Origin: a virus
Taxonomy: Duplodnaviria; Caudoviricetes
Length of the DNA stretch: 62,662 bases
Virus record (IMG/VR): IMGVR_UViG_3300032304_002568
Coordinates: 1-62,662 of that record
Strand: one strand, 5' to 3'
Both the position numbers and the translations under genes were made by a program. The notes below the pieces were generated by a model. The model did not search any database. It had not been told where the DNA came from and saw only the letters and a program-made list of their open reading frames with translations. Positions 37,201 through 47,432 of this stretch are shown here, one piece after another. Position 1 is the first letter of the stretch; each line of letters begins with the position of its first letter.

Positions 37201-37340
37201 GGCCAGAATTGCCACAGGGCGACTTCCTCCTCACCGTGCGCTTGGCGCAGTGGGACGTGGATGACAGCACGCCTGCGCCGACTGGCCAGGTGAGCGTGCT
37301 CATGCCTGCCACGCAGATGACAGTGGAGCAAACGCTATGA
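34299..37340 (+). CDS. Large baseplate/tail structural protein
   Basis: About 1010 aa, beta-rich; IGNGSAKNFTITHGLG fibre-type motif; ATG 16 nt after GTTGAC. Confidence 0.65.
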   Translation: MAGNEYIYANLSTREATGSTGSPLNFSWVAGQSVSYALRFLQRDSAGALGETQLSILNLRAAIGREGAWPESGWYKIKVGTAPSTAANTTERIDFNAGALEVEEALNALTGKPAAFRCDEGANAILIRRVDDGEVALSVVGDGLRPTSFGKILGGRRFPERKARLSIGGLTFISKLEGEAGNAISVRYVAGTSLSVSVAGTKITVNILNSTSEEAIQTAIQASASANDLVAVGLRNGATAVVQAEVFLSGGMDSRGGYEYSLQLAQAPVVFTDWTLRNLPPAPVITRVQTGGRSGGFPATTWNTIQALAVPPDFRGAYQFKRGLKRSALASKEDGTVAIGRILNTLLAEEGGTVTVTNPNNNVAHIEFGGTFAGYDIADLEISVYSTPPPDYVFDLDLGSADLAEMLQDKESVTLPFEVDATVWQNPADPSEGTKTIKLWKTTATIKRNVLWDALAVRPPIDWLRRPMPVDYVPFSDTQFLVGQQAAYTAVIGNGSAKNFTITHGLGGGVEQVGQSYIYKDEGVVSVDVRENKPSGRQLRDDEYVLRFESAGSVSLEFDEAPDEDGLVVIVLGYGQESAFTIHTHPIDQIKSVGQDGAVGESLRVILEDFQARIARLELLLPRGSVSSLGSGLEKKKVQIPPIGEILPDIAMEGGDGEPLSLASQIIAPAGKGQDPKVVAGTELEDQKKLFDAELLRVKAEAAAELKAAQEAAAKAAVEVKVKADQEAAQKKTSMISRVSIAEFATRLTAAGTASPAALPNLYPAMRNGKYAWLLPAIHDAAAEDVSALPTLSAAAGNVYRNAGSVALSLPAGGGRKAQSVPVGGFFGGDGRALYALRRAGTTTSYHPIEMERELVRLVVRSAQFPLASDLSLAWQLDLSFLTETVVAGAGYVMSVEAAPLSSASTPATTGANVGAVGQAVLLAAPRIGFSRGVSETRQFALKLTRKLNESGQAIGASQFTDYVESIGPELPQGDFLLTVRLAQWDVDDSTPAPTGQVSVLMPATQMTVEQTL

Positions 37341-38410
37341 TCATAAGTTCCATGAAATCGATCGAGTCGGTTCCGGCTCCCGCCTTGGGGCTTCTGCCCG
37401 CGATTCACGACGCTGAGGTAGAGGATACTCCGTTGGTCGATGGGTTGCCTTCTCTCCCGCTGGCTGAAGCTTGTAAGGGCCGAGTCTTTCGCAACCAGAC
37501 GGCCAAGGCGATCACGCTCCCGCAGACGAGCAAGTGGCCTGCGCGCAGCTTAGAGGCTGGCGGTGTCTTCGGCAGCGATGGGCGGCTCTTTTATAAAGTG
37601 CGCCAGAAGCTGGGCACTACGAGCTACTATCCCGAGAGCTTTGAGCGCACGCTCTATACCTTTGCCTTCTCGCCGCAGAGTTTCTCTTTCGGTTCGGAGT
37701 TCGAGCTATCTCGGCTTTTTTATTTCCGCTTGATGGCAAATACCTCCTCGGCGGTGTGGAGTGTGATCTTCGAGATCGGCGTGCGCACGAACCAGACAAC
37801 GCCCACGCTGGCGCTTACGATGCAGGGCGCGCTTACCAGCGGTTCGGCAAATGTCACAATCTCAGATCCGCAGCTTGGCAGCCTCTTTTACCGCATGGTC
37901 GTGACGGGGGCTGGCATTTCCAGCGGCCTCGATGGCACGACCTACATCAAGAGCATTGACCTCGCTACCAGCACGCTCGTGCTGAGCCGCCCGGCTACCG
38001 AGAGCAGCGAGGAGGAACTTACCTTCACAGCTCCCGTGGGGCCGAACTTGGGCGATTTCCTCTGGCTGCCGCCTCTCATGGAGCAGGAAGTGCTCCTCAC
38101 GGAGATGAAAACAATCAATCCCATGGGCATCTGGCTCAAAAACTGGGGCGATAAAAATGTGCTGGGGCCGGATGGCAACACCGCGCCTGACCCGTATCGC
38201 AACGATTTCGGCTACCAGGGCTACGCAAAACTTTTCGACAAGGCGACTCCTGTGCCGCTCGACTCGCTGCCCACCGACCGCGACTTCCTGTTGCGCGTGC
38301 GCATCGGGCAGTTCGATACAGAAAACAGCGTCGCCGATCCGAAGGGCTACGCCGCCTACATGGTGCGCGCGATCGATGATGAAGAGGACTCTGCGGCTAC
38401 GATGACTTGA
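37337..38410 (+). CDS. Tail structural protein, paralogous to the C-terminal domain of 34299
   Basis: Shared LLPAIHDA, G.FG.DGR..Y, TTSY.P...ER.L and DFLL.VR..Q.D segments. Confidence 0.6.
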   Translation: MIISSMKSIESVPAPALGLLPAIHDAEVEDTPLVDGLPSLPLAEACKGRVFRNQTAKAITLPQTSKWPARSLEAGGVFGSDGRLFYKVRQKLGTTSYYPESFERTLYTFAFSPQSFSFGSEFELSRLFYFRLMANTSSAVWSVIFEIGVRTNQTTPTLALTMQGALTSGSANVTISDPQLGSLFYRMVVTGAGISSGLDGTTYIKSIDLATSTLVLSRPATESSEEELTFTAPVGPNLGDFLWLPPLMEQEVLLTEMKTINPMGIWLKNWGDKNVLGPDGNTAPDPYRNDFGYQGYAKLFDKATPVPLDSLPTDRDFLLRVRIGQFDTENSVADPKGYAAYMVRAIDDEEDSAATMT

Positions 38411-38435
38411 TGCGTTGACTTGCTCCGCGTGGGGT

Positions 38436-39209
38436 ATGGCCGCACCAGTCGTTAATTCCAATCAATCGATCCTGGCCTACGGGATCGGGCAGGACTTTAC
38501 CTTTCGCTTCATCGCGGATCAGCCTGTGGCTGAGTGGAGTGTAGACTCAGCCCAGCCGCTTCCACACGGCTTGATGCTCCATGCTGCCAGCGGCACGCTC
38601 TCCGGAGCGGGCACGGTGCCTGGCATCTGGCAACTCGCCGTCTCGGCTAAAAATGCCACAGGTGAGGTCTCGGAGCCTGTGGTGTTTCTGCTGGGATTTT
38701 TTGAGACCGCCGAGGTCGAGGTGGCGAAGGTCGTGACCATTCACACTGGCACCTGGGATGTCTCGCTGCCGGATCCCGTAGTGGCATCCACCACGAAGCC
38801 TGCCGTAGCGGGCACGGTGCGCTATGGGGATGATGTGGTCTTCGACCTCCAATTTATCGCCCCTGGCACCTCGGCTGCCGTCGTGCCGCGGCTGCGCATG
38901 GCGCGATTCTCGCTGCGCGGGGATGATACGACGACCTCGTTTTTCACGACGGATTCCACAGCCTTCCGCAAGACGACGCAGCTCGTCGCGGGCCTCTACG
39001 AGACGCGCTTCCTGCTCTATGTCTCCTTGGAATCTCCCGAGCTGGCGACATGGCTCAGTGACTTTGAGACAGAATCCGGCACCGAGGGCGATGCGATCGC
39101 CGAGTTTGAACTCGAAATCGACCGACCCAGCGGCGCACCAGGGCCAGCGATCAATAAAATCACCACACAAAAGTTCCTGCTGCGCGTGCGGCGGGATCTC
39201 GTGCGTTGA
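38436..39209 (+). CDS. Structural protein with a putative Ig-like domain
   Basis: LPHGLML..ASGTLSG...PG...VSAKNATG pattern. Confidence 0.6.
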   Translation: MAAPVVNSNQSILAYGIGQDFTFRFIADQPVAEWSVDSAQPLPHGLMLHAASGTLSGAGTVPGIWQLAVSAKNATGEVSEPVVFLLGFFETAEVEVAKVVTIHTGTWDVSLPDPVVASTTKPAVAGTVRYGDDVVFDLQFIAPGTSAAVVPRLRMARFSLRGDDTTTSFFTTDSTAFRKTTQLVAGLYETRFLLYVSLESPELATWLSDFETESGTEGDAIAEFELEIDRPSGAPGPAINKITTQKFLLRVRRDLVR

Positions 39210-39228
39210 CAAGGCGTGAAGGGCTTGT

Positions 39229-39627
39229 ATGAGCGCACTATCTGACTACCTCGAAAATAAAGTTCTCGACCAGCTCTTCGGAGCTACGGCTTACACGGCT
39301 CCTTCGACATTGTATTTCGAGCTCTTCACGACGGCTCCCACGGACTCGGGTGGGGGCGTGCCGGTGTCTGGAAACGGATACACCCGCGCGACCTTTTCAA
39401 ACACAACCTCAAATTGGCCGTCAGCGACCAGTGGCAGTAAGTCGAACGCTGCGCAGATCACCTTCCCGTCGGCCACGGGAAATTGGGGCTCAGTTGTGGC
39501 TATAGGTATCTTCGATGCCTTGAGTGGCGGCAACCTGCTTTTCTGGACGACCATCCCTGCGCGCTCGGTCGTAACCGGCGATGTGCCGCGCTTTGCTGCC
39601 GGGGGCGTTACAATCACGCTGAACTAA
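39229..39627 (+). CDS. Small tail fibre/baseplate protein (SDYLENK family)
   Basis: LFTTAPTD...GYTR...N...ITFP.AT.NWG....GIFDA.SGGNLL, a widespread phage tail motif. Confidence 0.75.
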   Translation: MSALSDYLENKVLDQLFGATAYTAPSTLYFELFTTAPTDSGGGVPVSGNGYTRATFSNTTSNWPSATSGSKSNAAQITFPSATGNWGSVVAIGIFDALSGGNLLFWTTIPARSVVTGDVPRFAAGGVTITLN

Positions 39628-39643
39628 GGGTAGGGAAGCCGCT

Positions 39644-42193
39644 ATGAGCTTCCAGCCTGTGCTCTCGGCTTGCGTTTTAAGAAACGGCACAGCCTCTTCG
39701 TCAACAAGTCTTGCCTCTCTCTACATTGACGCCGATCGTGTGCTGCGGGCTGCTGGCGGCTCGGTGCCTGGCGGCCTTTCTGGCCTCACCGACTGCGTGG
39801 AAGTGCGCGCCTCCAGTGGCATGGATTTTGCCGTGCGGCGACGCGACGGGTCTGCGGTGTGGTGCTACCGTTACTTTTTGGGGGATTGGACATATCAAGA
39901 GTTTAAGCCGGGGGATGTGATCGATGGCGTAGCACTGGGTTTTATCGAGGAATGCGAGGCGGGCGAGGATGGTTCATACGCCTCTCTCACGCTCCGCGAT
40001 AAAAATGGTTGCGTTTTTTGGCTCACGACTGACCGCTCGTTTCTCCTCCGGTCTTTCACGCACAGGCGCTTGGCGGCATCTGGAAATCTCATACGGGCCG
40101 TCTCGGTGGGTTCGGGTTTGTATGTCGGTGCGGATGGTATTCTGACCAGCCTTAGCCTTAGTTCGGAAGGGCGGTTAGTGGCTTACCAGAGGGCTACGGG
40201 ATTGGCTAGCGTATCTGGTAGATACGATTCCCTGAATTCCTATATCGGTATTACTACTGCCGGAAAATTATCGGGTCCACTCGGTTTGTTTGACTTTTCC
40301 TCCTACACTGCATTGCAGGTGAGGTCGTTTGCACATGCCCGATATGTGCCAGGCGTGGGAGATAGAAGAATCTCTGCGGCGATCGTGACGAATGATGGAA
40401 AACGATATGCTGTATCGATTTATAATTTATATGATGTCATTATGCTGGAGGCTCCTACGGTTGTGGCTTTGTGGGAGTATGGGCATATCACAGTCGATGG
40501 CGCGGTGGTGTGGCACACGGGTAGGGCAGCGACTTATAATGCCAAATCGCCGAGTTTTTTCGGTCCGCTTGCGACGCAGTGGGGAAATGAGGTGGTCGGT
40601 GGTCAAGCCTCAATTCAGGTCGATCTTCAGAATAAAATAGACGATTTCGTATGCTACTTCACTGCTGAGTCGGGGTTTTCTGCTCTTTTCCAGTCGCTAC
40701 TTACGATCGAGGTGAAGTTTGAAAGCGTGGGCACGCTGGCGGTGCGGTGGAGTCCAGAGTATGGCAATATCGTGCAGATTCAGGCGACTTTTGCAGCGGT
40801 GGGTGTGCTCTCGGCGAGTTTCAGTATCGTTACGACGCCGGCTACCGTGGCTTCCTTTGCAGGGGTGTGTGTCTTGGCGACAAGTATGCAGGTCGAGCGC
40901 ACGCTGGTTGCCGCTTTTGAAGGCGTGGGCAGGATCAGCACCTTGCTGGATGATAAGTCGGTATTTCGCGATGGAGTCACCTTCCGCATGGTGGGAGCTT
41001 TCTCAGCGCGCATGGAGATAGGGCGCGTCTTTCCCGATGCCGTCGTGCGCTTGTTCCGCAAGGTCGTGGCGGGCGGCATGTCTGTGGAGCCATATAACGA
41101 TGTGACGCTACGGGGGGCGAGGTATAGGAATGCGCGGTGGACTCGCGAGGGCACTATCCCGCTGGGGCTGAACTGGGGGTCTTCGCCGGATGGCTTGAGA
41201 TTCTGGGGCACGCCGCAGGAGACTGGCGAGATGACTGCGATCTTCGAGGGGCCGTATCCCGATGGCTTTCAAAGCAATCTCACCGATGCGGGGCAGCAGT
41301 CGGGCGGGGTCGTGGGCTGTGCCAATCTGAATACAGTAGGGTCATTCCTCGTGGATCGCTATGAGGTGAAATTTATCGTGGAGGAGGTGCCTGCCGATGT
41401 GACTTCTGGCGGCACGGTGCTGCCGAGCGACTTCACGCTGGGCGAGGTGCTGGCTGAGTTGCTCACAAATGCTTCTTCGGCCCAGTGGGCTACTCGCTCG
41501 TCCTGGACGAGCGGAGTGCGGGTCCGCACACGTGGCGGCACGGCTTCCGTAGCCAGTAGCAATAGCGCGGCCTCGGTGCCAGCGAGCGTGCCAGCCAGTA
41601 AAAAGCCGCCGCTTTTTTATACCGATAGCGCTCTCGTGCAAGCGGGATTGCTCACGCCGACCGATATGGCGGCGAGCGATTGGAAATTCGCTCTTCCGGC
41701 GGCGACCCCGAGGGGTAGGCAGGGCGTCTTACGCACGGCAGGCGTTGTGTTACAGGCTATTGCCACTGAGACGGATGTGAACTACGCCGACTATGTGGGC
41801 GAGGCGCTCGACGGGCAGCGGCGGGTGTGTGCCTTCCAGTCCGAAATTCCCCTGCTCCCTGGCGTGAGTTGGGGTGAGTTCTATCTCCGTGCGGCCTTCT
41901 CGGGCGTCGTGAGCATACTCTTCTACACGACGCAGGCAGGCGCGCTCACTCCAAGTCTCGCCGCGAGGCTGGGGGTGAAGACTTTTGCCCGTGTGCAGGA
42001 GTCCACTGCCAGCCGATACCGTGGCGCACGCGAGGACTTGGGGTATGACTTTACCTCAGGCGAGACCATGCAGGTCTGCCGCGCCGCCGTGCCTATGGAG
42101 GGGCGGCATGGCGTGTATCGCCTGCATGTGCCGCAAGACATCGCGCCAGGAACTATGGCAAACCTATCGATCTTTGTGAAGGAGGGTGCATGA
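39644..42193 (+). CDS. Large tail-associated protein
   Basis: 849-aa beta-rich ORF in the tail module. Confidence 0.55.
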   Translation: MSFQPVLSACVLRNGTASSSTSLASLYIDADRVLRAAGGSVPGGLSGLTDCVEVRASSGMDFAVRRRDGSAVWCYRYFLGDWTYQEFKPGDVIDGVALGFIEECEAGEDGSYASLTLRDKNGCVFWLTTDRSFLLRSFTHRRLAASGNLIRAVSVGSGLYVGADGILTSLSLSSEGRLVAYQRATGLASVSGRYDSLNSYIGITTAGKLSGPLGLFDFSSYTALQVRSFAHARYVPGVGDRRISAAIVTNDGKRYAVSIYNLYDVIMLEAPTVVALWEYGHITVDGAVVWHTGRAATYNAKSPSFFGPLATQWGNEVVGGQASIQVDLQNKIDDFVCYFTAESGFSALFQSLLTIEVKFESVGTLAVRWSPEYGNIVQIQATFAAVGVLSASFSIVTTPATVASFAGVCVLATSMQVERTLVAAFEGVGRISTLLDDKSVFRDGVTFRMVGAFSARMEIGRVFPDAVVRLFRKVVAGGMSVEPYNDVTLRGARYRNARWTREGTIPLGLNWGSSPDGLRFWGTPQETGEMTAIFEGPYPDGFQSNLTDAGQQSGGVVGCANLNTVGSFLVDRYEVKFIVEEVPADVTSGGTVLPSDFTLGEVLAELLTNASSAQWATRSSWTSGVRVRTRGGTASVASSNSAASVPASVPASKKPPLFYTDSALVQAGLLTPTDMAASDWKFALPAATPRGRQGVLRTAGVVLQAIATETDVNYADYVGEALDGQRRVCAFQSEIPLLPGVSWGEFYLRAAFSGVVSILFYTTQAGALTPSLAARLGVKTFARVQESTASRYRGAREDLGYDFTSGETMQVCRAAVPMEGRHGVYRLHVPQDIAPGTMANLSIFVKEGA

Positions 42194-43506
42194 GCGCCGC
42201 TTGCGACCCCGTAGTGGAGGTGTGCTGCGAGGGCGGCTCGCCGGGGGAGGGGTGGATCTGGTTCCGCTGCGCCTACAATGGTTGCCACCCTGGCGTGGGC
42301 CATGTCATCATCGAGTCCAAGGCGGGCGAGATCCTCTATGACGACTGCCCGACGGAGTCCACGCGCAAACTGACTTGGCTCGACTTCCCTGGGGCCGCAA
42401 AGCTCTGGGAGGGCGGACTCATGCAGGTAAACTACGGACTGCCTGGCTGCTCGGGCGCGGGGCATGTGTGTAACCGCGCCACCTTCGAATGGGGCTCCTA
42501 CCAGGACACGGCGAACCCGCTTGGTGTAGCCTACCTCGATAATGCAGGCGGGCCAAATGACCGAGGCAATGTGTGCGACGGGGCGGCACTGACTGTGTGG
42601 CGGTCGATCGTGCAGGGCGGCGTGCCTGATACATCGTATATTGAGTCGAGTCCTCCGTGGGGTTTTAATCTCCCTGGCGATGTTGGCGCATCCAATTTAC
42701 CGGATCATATCCTGGGGCCATACGCGGATGATCGATGGCTTTTTACCGGGGATATAGGTGCTGATGACGATCTCATGGTCGATGGAGTGAAGGTCTTCGA
42801 GGACGGTTGGGCGAATCAGGTGGGTGGGGGTAATGTTTTTCTGAAATTTCTCCCAAAGGGGAGCACGGCCCGCATCAATGTCTGGAACGCTGGCGGGTGG
42901 ACGGGGGCGAGTGGGGCGTTGCGCCTTTATTCCAGCACGGGGTCTGTAGGCTCAATAAGCGGTAACTTTTCGCGCTGCAATGCTTTCATTATCCCTCCAA
43001 ATACGATCGGGGCGATTAAGTCGAGACTCCCCGTAGCAGGGCAGCGCAAGGTGTGCTACCGCCGTGCGGGAGTGCCTGCGGTGGCTGCCTGCCCCGACGC
43101 ACTGCGCGTGCCGAGCGGCTACAAGCCAAAGATCACCGGTGTGTTGGTGGGGTTGCCCACTGGGCCGCTCACAGCGACAGCGAGATTTATGCAAGTCGTC
43201 GGGAGCGTCCCGCAGCAAGTGCCGCTCGCGAAGCGGACGCTCTTCGGTGAAGCCGAGATGTGGCGGGTCAAAATATTCCGCAACGGGTCAGAAGTGGCGG
43301 GCTTTTACTTGGTATTATTCTTCCCGCAGGAAGGCTACCAAGGCGGGATGATCGAGGTCGGGGCGGCGATCGACTATACGGATTACTATACCACGGAGGT
43401 CGTGAGCGTGGGGGAAAATGCGGCGTTGAGTCTCGTATACACGCCCTATGGAGAGGCGGCGATCACTTTAGCTCTCCAGGTCGATATGGTCTTTATCCCT
43501 GTATGA
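42190..43506 (+). CDS. Cys-rich tail-associated protein
   Basis: Coupled ORF; many Cys; ADDDLMVDG motif. Confidence 0.5.
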   Translation: MSAACDPVVEVCCEGGSPGEGWIWFRCAYNGCHPGVGHVIIESKAGEILYDDCPTESTRKLTWLDFPGAAKLWEGGLMQVNYGLPGCSGAGHVCNRATFEWGSYQDTANPLGVAYLDNAGGPNDRGNVCDGAALTVWRSIVQGGVPDTSYIESSPPWGFNLPGDVGASNLPDHILGPYADDRWLFTGDIGADDDLMVDGVKVFEDGWANQVGGGNVFLKFLPKGSTARINVWNAGGWTGASGALRLYSSTGSVGSISGNFSRCNAFIIPPNTIGAIKSRLPVAGQRKVCYRRAGVPAVAACPDALRVPSGYKPKITGVLVGLPTGPLTATARFMQVVGSVPQQVPLAKRTLFGEAEMWRVKIFRNGSEVAGFYLVLFFPQEGYQGGMIEVGAAIDYTDYYTTEVVSVGENAALSLVYTPYGEAAITLALQVDMVFIPV

Positions 43507-43727
43507 ACCCGCTCGCGGCAGCCTATCGCGCTGGGGGCGAGATTTCTACTTGGGCCAAGGCGGGCTTCCCGCTCGCGCAGGCTGAGGGGCGCTTGAGCAT
43601 CTGCCGCGAGTGCGCGAGCTACCACGCGGGCGTATGCGGTGAGTGTGGGTGCTACATGCCGCTCAAGGCGCGTCTGGCCACGGCGCAGTGCCCGCTGGGG
43701 CGGTGGGTTGACGCGCGGGCGGAGTAA
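43503..43727 (+). CDS. Small Cys-rich protein (DUF6171-like)
   Basis: RLSICRECASY...CGECGCYMPLKARL...CPLGRW. Confidence 0.7.
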   Translation: MNPLAAAYRAGGEISTWAKAGFPLAQAEGRLSICRECASYHAGVCGECGCYMPLKARLATAQCPLGRWVDARAE

Positions 43728-43730
43728 AAA

Positions 43731-44228
43731 ATGCGCCTTTCGATCGATCTGGACACTTTGGCAGTGAGCGACTACACGGGCAGTGCCGTGCAATCGCTCT
43801 CGGCGCGACGGGGCGACACATTTCCCGTGCATGTGCGCTTCACGCAGGGTGGGGCGGGTAGGGAACTCCCGCATACGGCCACCGGCAGGCTCTCGATCAA
43901 GAATGCCCGCGATTACTCCGGTGCGTTAGTGGCTGGGAGCGCGGAGTGGCGCAAGGTGGGGCATGGCGCGGCGGCGTATTATGTTTTTCCGCTGAATCTG
44001 GCTACGCAGCAGCTTGTGGATGCCTTTTCCTCGCCGAGCGGGGAATTGGCCCAGGTGAGCTTCGTGCTGGAGGTCGAGTGGTCGTATCGCGGGGCGCGGC
44101 AGACGAGCCGCTCGGTAGCGTTTGTGGTGGATAATGACTACACGCGCACAGACGAGGTGCAGCCACAGCCGCCACCACCACCGCAAGCCGCCGCCCAGCA
44201 AATCGCGCTCACCATCGCGCTGGGTTGA
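43731..44228 (+). CDS. Baseplate-upper (BppU-like) adaptor domain protein
   Basis: MRLSIDLDT...RRGD...V.F...LEVEW...TS......NDY; paralog of 47977. Confidence 0.55.
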   Translation: MRLSIDLDTLAVSDYTGSAVQSLSARRGDTFPVHVRFTQGGAGRELPHTATGRLSIKNARDYSGALVAGSAEWRKVGHGAAAYYVFPLNLATQQLVDAFSSPSGELAQVSFVLEVEWSYRGARQTSRSVAFVVDNDYTRTDEVQPQPPPPPQAAAQQIALTIALG

Positions 44229-44246
44229 CATTTTAATGTAAAAAAT

Positions 44247-44882
44247 ATGAAGCAAATTGCCAATCTCTACACTTTCGACGCGGCGGCCCGCCGAGTCACT
44301 ATTACAGGCATCACGATCCCGCAAGCGCGCCTCCTCCTCATCGTGAATGCCACGCTCGGGCAGATCATCTACAACTTCGCCGCCCCCGGCTTGGGGGCCA
44401 CGAACTACCAAGCATCGGGAAATACGGTGGTGACACTGGCTTGCGATACCACTGCACACTCCAACTCCGACCAACTCACCATCTTCTACGAGGATGGCAT
44501 GAACGCCGAGGAGGTCGTGATGCTGGCCGACCTGAATACTGTAGGCGGCGCGGATCCCGCTCCCTGGCTCAAAAATGGTGGCGGCAGCGTGCCTGTCACG
44601 CTCGGCGGATCGGCGGCAGGGGTTTCCCTGGCTGAAGTCACGGGCACAGCCGCTCTCACCTCCAGCGAGGTGCTCGTAGCCAATGCCTCCCGCAAATACC
44701 TGCTCATTCAAAACCTCTCCACCGCCACCATGCACCTCTCCCTCGGAGGCGTGGCTAGCACATCGACCCTACGCCTCGATGGCGGGGCCTCCCTGTGCTT
44801 CGAGGGCAATACCGTAGCCACAAACGCTATACGCCTCATCGGCACCGTGGCTGGTCAAAAATACTACATCGCTCACGCATAA
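44247..44882 (+). CDS. Tail fibre-associated protein
   Basis: YTFDAAAR...LLLIVNAT...IIYNFA and ANASRKYLLIQN domains. Confidence 0.6.
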   Translation: MKQIANLYTFDAAARRVTITGITIPQARLLLIVNATLGQIIYNFAAPGLGATNYQASGNTVVTLACDTTAHSNSDQLTIFYEDGMNAEEVVMLADLNTVGGADPAPWLKNGGGSVPVTLGGSAAGVSLAEVTGTAALTSSEVLVANASRKYLLIQNLSTATMHLSLGGVASTSTLRLDGGASLCFEGNTVATNAIRLIGTVAGQKYYIAHA

Positions 44883-44888
44883 CATCAT

Positions 44889-47432
44889 ATGGCTCTTCAA
44901 TCCACCATCGCTCACCAATCCACCCACGCCGCAGGCGCTGCAGATGCGCTCACACCTGCCGATATCGGGGCTGTAAAAGGTTTTGTAATAGACGGAACAC
45001 CTAATACAGACATAGCTCCAATGGCGATGGAGCTGGGCGATAGTGAAGTCCCCGCTCGCACAGCACTAAAATGCGATGGCACTTTGGATACTTCTTTGGA
45101 TACGGATAATCCGTGGTCTGTTAGCTTTCCCGACAAGTTCCGCGCAGCCATCGGGGCGGCTCCTGCCGCCAGCGAGTTGAACTCGCCGCACGTCGCTCGC
45201 GCTGCGATGCAGTTGTGGGACCCTGCCAATGATGCGCCTGCTCTAAAAATTGAGGATTCCCAAGTTTATTTAGCTGGCGAGCAGTTTGACTTAGCTGGAG
45301 GAAATCTGGAGCCAGCCGCCGCGCTTAAAAAAAACTTCCGTGCTGCGATAAACACTGTGCGCCGTCGCTTTGATTCTGACGCGGAAGGCGAGCCTGACGG
45401 TGCTCAGGGCTTTGTTGACCAGGCCGCGCAGCTTTGGGATATAGTAAATGGTGCGACCGCACTAAGCATTAGTGATGGCGCGGTCTCTTTTGGCCCGTAT
45501 GCCGAGAATACCAATGTCGCAGCTAACTTCCGCAACGCCATTAGCGCGGTTCCTAAAGTTCAAGGGCTTATAGTTACAGGATTATCTAATAATCTTTTTA
45601 ACGGGTTTTATGTGGAGCAACCCGATAGAAGAAATGGGAAACCACAATATAAAAATTCTCAGAATGTTGATGTTTATTGGGATGTATATGTGGATGGTGA
45701 CTTGTATGGGGGGTATTGGCTTATTAGCGGCGGTGAAGATAAATTGTATGGTAACGACACTCAAAATCGCGCCTACCCTTGGCAAGTTGTAAATTGGGAA
45801 AGAGAAGACGGTGACATAGACCCCGCAGGAATACTTGTAGAGCAGGCTTATGGCATTACGATCAATGGTAATGTCGGTATCGGCACCGAGACTCCAACCG
45901 AGCGGCTTGAGGTTTCTGGTAACGTTAAAATTAGCAACCAAGATGGTGAGCTTCGCGTGGTGCGAGGCACTGCTCACGATGCTGAAGAGTATGTCGCTGT
46001 TACTTCCTACGGAATCAAAAGTGGATGGGGTAATTCGGTTTTGAGCTTTGAAGAGCGGTCTCTTTACTCTAACACCCTGGTTGTTTTGAACTGGGGTGAT
46101 GACGCGAGCCTCTCAGTAGGCGAGCGCACTCTCAAAAACCTTGGCGCACCAGTAGAGGACAACGACGCCGTGCGCAAAGTCGATTTGGATGGGCACGTCG
46201 ATGCCCGGCTCCCTCTTTCGACCAGTAGCTACATCATTGCCCAGCCTGGCGACAACCTTGCCGACAAATATAATGCTGCAAAACTCTTGCAGCCAAATGG
46301 CGTGGCGAAGTCAAGTTCAAACCGGGCGGCTCTCATTATCTTACCGGGCACATATAATTTGACTGGCACTCTGACTTTTGATGCAGAATTTGTAGATGTG
46401 ATTGGACTGGGAAGTTGCTTTCAATCGCCTGCTGTGCGGTTGAAATTTCAGGTTCTTCAGTCCTTGTCTGTTAGTGCCAATAACATCCGGGTTGTTGGAA
46501 TTGAGGTTTTGGCGGAACTCAATCCAGCAAATAGTAAGCCGCTTCAGGTTTACGAAAATTGCAAGTGTATAAAAGGATTTGGAGCCCGAGGAGAGGTCAG
46601 CGGGACTTTTATCGGTTGCATTGCGGAGTTTGCGTCGTTTGGCTCTACTCTTTTCTCCTCTGGTGCGAAGCGGCCTGTGGCCAGCGGGACATACATTCGG
46701 TGTAAATCGGGGCCTAATAGTTTTGCGAGCGGGGGGCTTGCCAGCGGTAAGTTTACAGACTGCGAGGCGGGATATGGCTCTTTTGGGGGGGATGGTAGCG
46801 AGAGTGACTTGGTAGGCGAGGCGAGTGGCGAGTTTATCAACTGCAAGGCCGAAGACTTCAGCTTCGGCGTAAACGGAGCATTTCTGGACTCGCCTGCGGC
46901 AAGTGGAGTATTCACGAACTGCTCTGGAGGACTGGGTAGCTTTGGTGGTTATAGCCATGCTTCGGGCACTTTTACAAATTGTTCTGGAGGGTTTGAGGCT
47001 TTTCGGGCTGGCGTGGCGGCAGGCAAGTATATCGGCTGCAGGGCAGATTCGCCCTTTTCTCTCTCCGCTCCCCCGTCGAGTGCGGTTGTAAGCTACAACG
47101 GTGTAAATTGGATCAGCATTTACTCGACGGCAAATCCTGGCACAAAATTTCTTGGTCCAAGTAATTTCCGGGAGGGTGATTGTGTGATTTTTTCTGGGCT
47201 TGTCGGCGGTGCTCCATTGCAAAACGGAGTTCCTTATTATGTCACAAACGCTAGCCTCAATGTTCCCGCAAGCAACGGCTACCCAGAGGGGTTTAGATTC
47301 CAAGTCAGCGGGCAACAGGGTGGGTCGGTGATTTCAATGACAAGTAATATCGTTTTTGGCCGCGTCAGGCTATTGGCGTTCCAACAGAACTGCATCGACA
47401 TGAACGGCAATATTTTTGAGGGACAGATATGA
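44889..47432 (+). CDS. Tail fibre/spike with beta-helix-like repeats
   Basis: GNVGIGT..P...LEV.GN motif; repeated ASGxFxNCxxxxxSFG units. Confidence 0.7.
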   Translation: MALQSTIAHQSTHAAGAADALTPADIGAVKGFVIDGTPNTDIAPMAMELGDSEVPARTALKCDGTLDTSLDTDNPWSVSFPDKFRAAIGAAPAASELNSPHVARAAMQLWDPANDAPALKIEDSQVYLAGEQFDLAGGNLEPAAALKKNFRAAINTVRRRFDSDAEGEPDGAQGFVDQAAQLWDIVNGATALSISDGAVSFGPYAENTNVAANFRNAISAVPKVQGLIVTGLSNNLFNGFYVEQPDRRNGKPQYKNSQNVDVYWDVYVDGDLYGGYWLISGGEDKLYGNDTQNRAYPWQVVNWEREDGDIDPAGILVEQAYGITINGNVGIGTETPTERLEVSGNVKISNQDGELRVVRGTAHDAEEYVAVTSYGIKSGWGNSVLSFEERSLYSNTLVVLNWGDDASLSVGERTLKNLGAPVEDNDAVRKVDLDGHVDARLPLSTSSYIIAQPGDNLADKYNAAKLLQPNGVAKSSSNRAALIILPGTYNLTGTLTFDAEFVDVIGLGSCFQSPAVRLKFQVLQSLSVSANNIRVVGIEVLAELNPANSKPLQVYENCKCIKGFGARGEVSGTFIGCIAEFASFGSTLFSSGAKRPVASGTYIRCKSGPNSFASGGLASGKFTDCEAGYGSFGGDGSESDLVGEASGEFINCKAEDFSFGVNGAFLDSPAASGVFTNCSGGLGSFGGYSHASGTFTNCSGGFEAFRAGVAAGKYIGCRADSPFSLSAPPSSAVVSYNGVNWISIYSTANPGTKFLGPSNFREGDCVIFSGLVGGAPLQNGVPYYVTNASLNVPASNGYPEGFRFQVSGQQGGSVISMTSNIVFGRVRLLAFQQNCIDMNGNIFEGQI